Below the pieces are notes generated by a model. The model was not told the origin of the DNA. It worked only from the letters and a program-made list of their open reading frames with translations, and searched no databases. A program made the translations under genes and the position numbers. Shown piece by piece: positions 28,001 to 32,000 of a DNA stretch of 32,000 nucleotides. Where the stretch lies: assembly GCA_963675515.1 (NCBI GenBank), contig OY776328.1, positions 1,290,001-1,322,000 of the forward strand, in the 5' to 3' direction. The first letter of the stretch is position 1; each line of letters begins with the position of its first letter. The stretch is from Coprobacillaceae bacterium. GTDB lineage: Bacteria; Bacillota_I; Bacilli_A; Erysipelotrichales; Coprobacillaceae.

Positions 28001-29064
28001 TGGGCAATCTCGATGAACAGGCAAAAAAAGCCGGCGGGCTGCTTTTGCCAAATGAGGCGCAAAAAAGCGACAGCGAGCTGCTGCAGTCATTGAACGATGT
28101 CCAGCGCAACAATTTCTCGGCCTTGACCAACTATGGCATCAACACGGTTAAAATGTTCAAGGCCAATGAGTACAACCTGGTCTCCCAGCGTTACGCGATC
28201 GTGCTCAAGTACCAGAACAACACTGTCGACTTCTTCGAGTTTTACGAGAAGATCGCTCAGACGATCGAGAATACCCAGCTGCTTATCGTGGAAAAGGACA
28301 AGGAGCTTTTCGAGAAGTTCTTCTCCGACGCCCTGGCCAACAAGCTCATCCGCAAGATCAATGACGCCAAAAGCTGGGTCAAGGACATGAGTGAGCTGAT
28401 GGAGGATCTCAAGACGACATCCGCCATTTCTTTCTCGCTGGCATGGAAGCCCAAAGCGGCACTTTCCAGCGACGATCTTGCGACTATGGAACTGGTCCGG
28501 CTGCTTGAAAGCGACCGGGAGATATTGAGTTATGAGAACCTCAATGCCCTCTCGCAGCATTTTTCCAAACGGATCAAGCTGGCCAAACAGGAATATCTCG
28601 AAAATGACATCCAGGAGTTCAATTACGGCGACCTGGTGCGCCAGGCCCTGGATTACCGGGAATGGTTTGAGTTTTGCCTTTATTACAGGCGGGCCGGTTC
28701 TGTCAAGAAGGAACTTACCAATTCAGCTTTCAACGTCCTTTCCGGGGGTGAGAAGGCGATGGCAATGTATGTTCCGCTGTTCACGGCGGTCAATGCCCAG
28801 TACAAGAAATCATCTAAGCTGGACTTCCCAAGAATCATCGCCCTTGACGAGGCCTTTGCCGGGGTCGACAGCGAGAATATCTCGTCGATGTTCGACCTGG
28901 TTGAGAAACTGGATTTCGACTTCATCATGAATTCGCAGGTGCTTTGGGGCACTGATGGAGCGGTCAAGGAACTTGCGATAGCCGAGCTGTACCGCCCGCT
29001 CAACTCCCAGGTCGTATCGACCATAAACTACCACTGGAACGGAAAGGTCAAGACGCTGTTATGA
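25054..29064 (+). CDS. jetC: Wadjet JetC-like SMC/MukB-type ABC ATPase (TIGR02680-like), 1336 aa
   Basis: The N-terminus reads RWQMHRMGLVNFWYFDDQEFEFANGKLLIRGQNGSGKS, with the Walker A at 25153-25176. The C-terminus carries the signature LSGGE (28738-28752) and Walker B IIALDE (28834-28851). About 1190 residues of E/K/Q/L-rich, coiled-coil-like sequence lie between them. Confidence 0.9.
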   Translation: MKERWQMHRMGLVNFWYFDDQEFEFANGKLLIRGQNGSGKSISTQSFIPFILDGNKAPYRLDPFGSKDRRMEYYFLLDGKNDESVGYIWLEFKKMGSDQYRTLVIGQRARKNSDMQFWSGIILDNRRINRDFQLKKRLGDSWVILAKQEFKNALGESNFYSERAVEYKAAVNKHIFGFDQLEQYDQFVDLLIKVRAPKLSKEFKPTKIYEIYNESLQVLSDSDILPMVESMEEIDRTQAKLDEFQATKKALDNVGRVYNVYNRYYLAKKAQNYIRHRDEFKDLSNRLIAGEGQYDANQKAMEEIDKRTGELGEANSLLQTERASLPLDDIEAKIESYKLAKSEVQDQVNELKALQVKLDGALVEKDVKITQRRQLEQDASDCEYLASKGIKELDSINEIAKLPGHQKIRRLENPNELLGQCDELEGELNKVAKKVDQVLGCLDSRHQEQLKRDELAQELSHVNEQIAQSNSLLDGKTREIENAKDELINRFYHYVQENHALDISSRTGDLANIIREYKGYGDFKMIDRILVELKGDQAMTLSKSVLEMRFALNNFQKDRDLLNQELISLIQAQDLEYPANDSVGLGRKILKDNGIDFISVYQALEFDESLGVESKNILEAQLVATNLIDAIIVNHENYQQAKELLRGHDQILVAPTSQGHKGRRFVRGNHPRFESEIDDFIAMFDADEKFGLNGHYRYGLVEGFVSSRHESVYVGEQSRKANRKRQIASIETKIALLEKQIATASQEIDQLEQAGIRLEEDYESLQVFDGLDELLGQLGELEAWLIQAARRQQELSNQVEQVKARLVKIKNDMLGLSRDLPYHLESGIYQDVKESLGDYRTALNQVNRELLLWQTKSVQVQTIGEVVDKISEQVDQFYALTRQEESRIAKNRTIIATIENYLNQESTKELHKRVRRIDETLEVNGLELEELTSQRHLYREANLLLERDIALMAGQKEKAEVCLDLSRELFVQELDLEYVPGIMGNLDEQAKKAGGLLLPNEAQKSDSELLQSLNDVQRNNFSALTNYGINTVKMFKANEYNLVSQRYAIVLKYQNNTVDFFEFYEKIAQTIENTQLLIVEKDKELFEKFFSDALANKLIRKINDAKSWVKDMSELMEDLKTTSAISFSLAWKPKAALSSDDLATMELVRLLESDREILSYENLNALSQHFSKRIKLAKQEYLENDIQEFNYGDLVRQALDYREWFEFCLYYRRAGSVKKELTNSAFNVLSGGEKAMAMYVPLFTAVNAQYKKSSKLDFPRIIALDEAFAGVDSENISSMFDLVEKLDFDFIMNSQVLWGTDGAVKELAIAELYRPLNSQVVSTINYHWNGKVKTLL

Positions 29065-30341
29065 TCGAAGAGTGCGCAGCCTACTTCAAGGCGAAGCCGG
29101 AATTCGACCGGGTCTTCATCCTGATGAAAAAGCAGTGGGAGAAGTACGGCCGGATTGCCGGTTACATAATTCTAAACAAGCCAACAGCCGGCGAAAAGGA
29201 TGTCCTGTCCAAGTTTTTGCATCAGGATTTTGGCTATCCCGCCAATCTGACCAAGATCAGGTTCAAGATGGCTGACTTCCAGGAAGCGCTGGAGATAACA
29301 AGGTTCAAAAAACTTGATTTAAAGGAAATCCTTGACGCCTACTTCCAGGTGGAAATATCGACGACCGGCCACAAACGGATGGCCGCTCAAAAAAAACAGG
29401 CCGATTTTTTCGGGGAGCTGGCACAGCTGATAAGCCAACCGCAGGTGGCAAACTGGTTTGACTGGCTGCGCCATTCCAAAAGCAGCGGCTATGTCCTGAT
29501 AAAGTCATTGGCCAAAGAAGACGAACAGGCAGCGCGCCAGGCGATCAAGGCGGTAGATGACGCTGTTGCCTGTCTTGATGAAAGTGCTTTTGCTCTGGCG
29601 GTTCTAAGTGCCCGGGTTACGGGCAATCCCCACTATTTCGACCGCAACACCAAGCCGGGGAGGCTGCTTATAAGTTGCCTCGCCCATATCCACAAGCTTG
29701 CAACGCCAGGCCATGCCCAGGGGATATTGGAACTGTACGCTTTGGCCAAAATAACGCCGGATGACATCTCGTCGAGTGTGGTCATCAAAAACATCGATCT
29801 TTTTCAAGGGGATAAAATCCATCCTGGGGTAGCCGGATTCAATGAGCTAAACGAGCCTTGCGTGGTGACCCTGGGAAATCTGGCGAACGTCAGCTTTGCT
29901 TCAAGCAAGCCCTGTGTTTTTGTTTTTGAAAACCAGATGGTCTTTTCCCATCTGGCAAGCGAGCGCTTCTACAACTGCTCCCTGGTATGCACTTCGGGGC
30001 AGCTCAAGGTCGCGGCATTGAAGCTTTTCGAGATGCTTGACAAGGATGTGAAAATTTTTTACAGCGGCGATTTCGATCCCGAAGGCCTGCAGATAGCCGA
30101 CAAGCTTCTAGGCCGTTTTTCCAACGTGGAGCCGTGGGGTTTTGATGAGGAACTCTACTTCCAGGCGCTTTCAAACGAGAACATCAGCGAGATCCGTCTT
30201 TCCAAGCTCGATTCGCTTAATGACTCGCGGTTAAAAGAAGTGGCCAAGGCGATCAGGGAAAACAAGCTGGCCGGTTACCAGGAAAATATCCTCGATTTCT
30301 ATCGTAAAGACATTCTCAGGATCATTGCGGAAAACCAATAA
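29061..30341 (+). CDS. jetD: Wadjet JetD-like protein (DUF2399 / TIGR02679-like) with C-terminal Toprim nuclease domain, 426 aa
   Basis: ATGA start/stop overlap with jetC. The Toprim glutamate sits in VFVFENQ (GAA at 29928-29930) and the DxD in SGDFDPEG (30069-30077). Confidence 0.85.
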   Translation: MIEECAAYFKAKPEFDRVFILMKKQWEKYGRIAGYIILNKPTAGEKDVLSKFLHQDFGYPANLTKIRFKMADFQEALEITRFKKLDLKEILDAYFQVEISTTGHKRMAAQKKQADFFGELAQLISQPQVANWFDWLRHSKSSGYVLIKSLAKEDEQAARQAIKAVDDAVACLDESAFALAVLSARVTGNPHYFDRNTKPGRLLISCLAHIHKLATPGHAQGILELYALAKITPDDISSSVVIKNIDLFQGDKIHPGVAGFNELNEPCVVTLGNLANVSFASSKPCVFVFENQMVFSHLASERFYNCSLVCTSGQLKVAALKLFEMLDKDVKIFYSGDFDPEGLQIADKLLGRFSNVEPWGFDEELYFQALSNENISEIRLSKLDSLNDSRLKEVAKAIRENKLAGYQENILDFYRKDILRIIAENQ

Positions 30342-30343
30342 TG

Positions 30344-30377
30344 ACCATCGCGCCTTCTTGGGCCCGGTGGTTTTTTC
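30344..30377 (+). terminator. rho-independent terminator of the jet operon
   Basis: GC-rich hairpin ACCATCGCGCC...GGCCCGGTGGT (30344-30371) followed by a T6 run, immediately after the jetD stop. Confidence 0.65.
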
Positions 30378-30453
30378 GATACTGAAAGGGTCTTGATTCT
30401 GGTTATCCAAAATAGAGGCGGATTCCAACAGATAACCGGGCATGATTATTAAA

Positions 30454-30485
30454 TTGTGCCAAAAGTTATTATTTGATGCTATAAT
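30454..30485 (+). promoter_or_regulatory. putative extended -10 promoter for the GyrI-like gene
   Basis: TGCTATAAT at 30477-30485. The -35 is poor. Confidence 0.4.
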
Positions 30486-30545
30486 CTAGTTAGCGACAGG
30501 CAATCGGGATGGCAATTGCATCTAAAAATAGAAGGAGATGGATTT

Positions 30546-31004
30546 ATGGCATTCATCATGGAAATAATAGAAACTAATGAACAGCCGGTTCTCACAGTCA
30601 GGACAACGACATCGGTTGAAAACCTGCCCAATATCCTCGGTCCGATTTTCGGGGAGATAGCAGGCTACATCATGGCCCAGGGGCAGGAACCGCTGGGACC
30701 GGCATTTATCGCGTACCACAATATGGATATGAACAATCTTGATATCAAAATCGGCTTCCCGGTGGCCGCACCTTTGCCAGGAAATGACCGGATCAAGGCT
30801 GGCTTCATTCCGGCTGGGAAAAGGGCCACCACCTTCCACAAGGGAGCTTATGGGGATATCGGACCGGCCTACCAGGCGTTGGGCGAGTTTCTGGTCAAAG
30901 AAGGCTACGAGGCCACCGGGATAGCTTACGAATATTACTACAATTCACCTGGGGAAGTGCCTGAAAGCGAATTGTTGACGAAGATCGAATTTTTGCTTAA
31001 ATAA
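30546..31004 (+). CDS. GyrI-like small-molecule-binding domain protein
   Basis: The pattern EQPVLTVRTTTSVENLP..LGPIFGEI..Y....G....GPAF..YHN.D...LDI.IGFPV...GAYGDIGPAYQAL..F...GYE is typical of GyrI/AraC-E-binding domains. GAAGGAG ribosome-binding site lies before ATG 30546. Confidence 0.8.
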   Translation: MAFIMEIIETNEQPVLTVRTTTSVENLPNILGPIFGEIAGYIMAQGQEPLGPAFIAYHNMDMNNLDIKIGFPVAAPLPGNDRIKAGFIPAGKRATTFHKGAYGDIGPAYQALGEFLVKEGYEATGIAYEYYYNSPGEVPESELLTKIEFLLK

Positions 31005-31031
31005 GATAAGTACCGTTGCCTGTTTCATCGC

Positions 31032-31061
31032 ACAAAAAAAAGCTCCTTTTTGGGAGCTTTT
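31032..31061. terminator. bidirectional terminator between convergent genes
   Basis: Stem AAAGCTCC/GGAGCTTT (31039-31060), flanked by an A-run upstream and a T-run downstream. The minus-strand reading has the stronger T tract. It overlaps the HAD gene stop codon. Confidence 0.65.
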
Positions 31062-31707
31062 AACGTTTTTCCAGGTAGTCGATCACGTGATTTAGACTTG
31101 GCAGGATTTCAGTTGCGAGTTGGGCCGGTTGCCCTTCGATGGTGACCATGTCCGGGATGGCGATGACTTTGACATCAGCCAAAAACGATGCCATGATGCC
31201 AGCTGGCGAATCCTCGAGGACATAGGCTTCATGGGATTCGATATTTAGCTTCTTGATCGATTCCAAAAAGATGTCCGGTGCCGGTTTGCCGTTTTTGATC
31301 TCGTCGCCACAGATAACGTCATTGAAGTAGTGAGTCAGGTTGGCTTTGTCGAGAATATGGTCAACGCGGTGGCGTGAAGACGAAGTTGCAACCATGGTAA
31401 GGTAGTTGTTTGTCTTGAGGTAGTCGAGCAGTTCGAGCAGACCGGGTTTGATGGTCGGGCCGACTGTGTCGAATTCCTTGGCGATCAGCTCGTAGACATC
31501 GGATACAAGTTTCTTGCAGTCGACTTTCCTGTAGCTTAGCTGCAGGCGGTTGAGGTTGTCTTTATGATTGGAACCGATCATCGAGCGGTAGAATTCCTCG
31601 CTCATCGATTCTCCTTGTAATTTTAACAGGTGGTTATAATAATTGTAAGTGGTGCGCTCGCTGTCGATCATCAAGCCGTCCATATCAAAAATTATCGCTT
31701 TTATCAT
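31060..31707 (-). CDS. HAD-IA family hydrolase (beta-phosphoglucomutase/phosphatase-like)
   Basis: Motif I IIFDMDGLMIDSE, motif II VATSS, and the motif III/IV region KNGKPAPDIF...VLEDSPAGI. Confidence 0.85.
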   Translation of the reverse strand: MIKAIIFDMDGLMIDSERTTYNYYNHLLKLQGESMSEEFYRSMIGSNHKDNLNRLQLSYRKVDCKKLVSDVYELIAKEFDTVGPTIKPGLLELLDYLKTNNYLTMVATSSSRHRVDHILDKANLTHYFNDVICGDEIKNGKPAPDIFLESIKKLNIESHEAYVLEDSPAGIMASFLADVKVIAIPDMVTIEGQPAQLATEILPSLNHVIDYLEKR

Positions 31708-31782
31708 TGGTATCTCCTTGTTTGTTGTGGGTCCATATTATCACAAATGTTTGTGGAATTAAAGTCTTTCCAGAATTTGAAA

Positions 31783-31807
31783 ATAAAAAAACGTCCCATA
31801 GGAACGT
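31783..31807 (-). terminator. terminator downstream of the tRNA genes
   Basis: Minus-strand hairpin ACGTTCC-TAT-GGGACGT (one G-U pair) followed by a T7 run (plus-strand A7 at 31784-31790). Confidence 0.5.
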
Positions 31808-31819
31808 ATGTTTTTTAGT

Positions 31820-31896
31820 TGGCGGTCTGGACGGGACTCGAACCCGCGACCTCCGCCGTGACAGGGCGGCATTCTAACCAACTGAACTACCAGACC
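31820..31896 (-). tRNA. tRNA-Asp (anticodon GUC), 77 nt with encoded CCA
   Basis: The reverse complement GGTCTGGTAGTTCAGTTGGTTAGAATGCCGCCCTGTCACGGCGGAGGTCGCGGGTTCGAGTCCCGTCCAGACCGCCA folds as a cloverleaf with anticodon loop CTGTCAC. Confidence 0.95.
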
Positions 31897-31904
31897 AAAA
31901 AATA

Positions 31905-31995
31905 TGGCGGAGACAGAGAGATTTGAACTCTCGCGCCAGTTACCCGACCTACGCCCTTAGCAGGGGCGCCTCTTCAGCCTCTTGAGTATGTCTCC
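31905..31995 (-). tRNA. tRNA-Ser (anticodon GCU), 91 nt with long variable arm and encoded CCA
   Basis: The reverse complement is GGAGACATACTCAAGAGGCTGAAGAGGCGCCCCTGCTAAGGGCGTAGGTCGGGTAACTGGCGCGAGAGTTCAAATCTCTCTGTCTCCGCCA. Its anticodon stem-loop is CGCCC-CTGCTAA-GGGCG and it has a 19-nt variable arm. Confidence 0.9.
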
Positions 31996-32000
31996 AGGTT

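Noticed and set aside
25211-28930. Many alternative-frame and antisense ORFs of 60-166 aa inside jetC (for example 25211-25711, 27783-28130, 28087-28560)
   Set aside because: All are nested in the 4-kb JetC reading frame, which has coherent ATPase motifs at both ends. Their low-complexity Ser/Arg/Thr-rich translations are typical of off-frame artefacts.
1-32000. CRISPR arrays, rRNA genes, integrase or recombinase genes, and phage structural genes
   Set aside because: I scanned both strands for regularly spaced direct repeats and for the relevant protein signatures and found none. The only tandem repetition is the coding hexamer tract at 16461-16512.

Overview
The window looks like a Bacillota-type chromosome segment: GGAGG-type ribosome-binding sites, hairpin plus T-run terminators, and tRNA-Asp and tRNA-Ser with encoded CCA. 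It splits into two halves.

Left half (about 0.6-17.9 kb): accessory and heavily decayed.
- A group II intron carries a frameshifted RT/maturase/HNH ORF.
- A ZIP metal transporter sits next to an MgtA-like P-type ATPase broken by two homopolymer frameshifts.
- There is a frameshifted DUF2127 membrane gene and an apparently intact DEDDh-exonuclease/DUF362-ferredoxin pair.
- A thoroughly dead NAD(P)H-binding gene still has a consensus promoter.
- An AT-rich island (about 11.3-17.9 kb) holds an IS256 remnant, orphan small ORFs and an MqsR/MqsA-like toxin-antitoxin locus.
- In that locus the toxin gene is split by an apparently intact IS200/IS605 element (tnpA + tnpB). The antitoxin is a Zn-ribbon/HTH fused to a Panacea (DUF4065) domain and is frameshifted.

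Right half (18-32 kb): intact core genes. These are rpsD with a long leader, DUF3783-pyrF-pyrE, a DUF975-like membrane protein, a CPBP protease, a GyrI-like protein, a HAD hydrolase and two tRNAs.

The most interesting feature sits in the right half at 22.4-30.4 kb. It is a complete, tightly coupled four-gene operon. It encodes a DUF2397-like protein, a DUF2398-like protein, a 1336-aa SMC/MukB-like ABC ATPase and a DUF2399/Toprim protein. I read it as a Wadjet-type (JetABCD / MksBEFG-like) anti-plasmid system.

No CRISPR array or rRNA is present. All family assignments come from motif recognition by eye, not from database searches.
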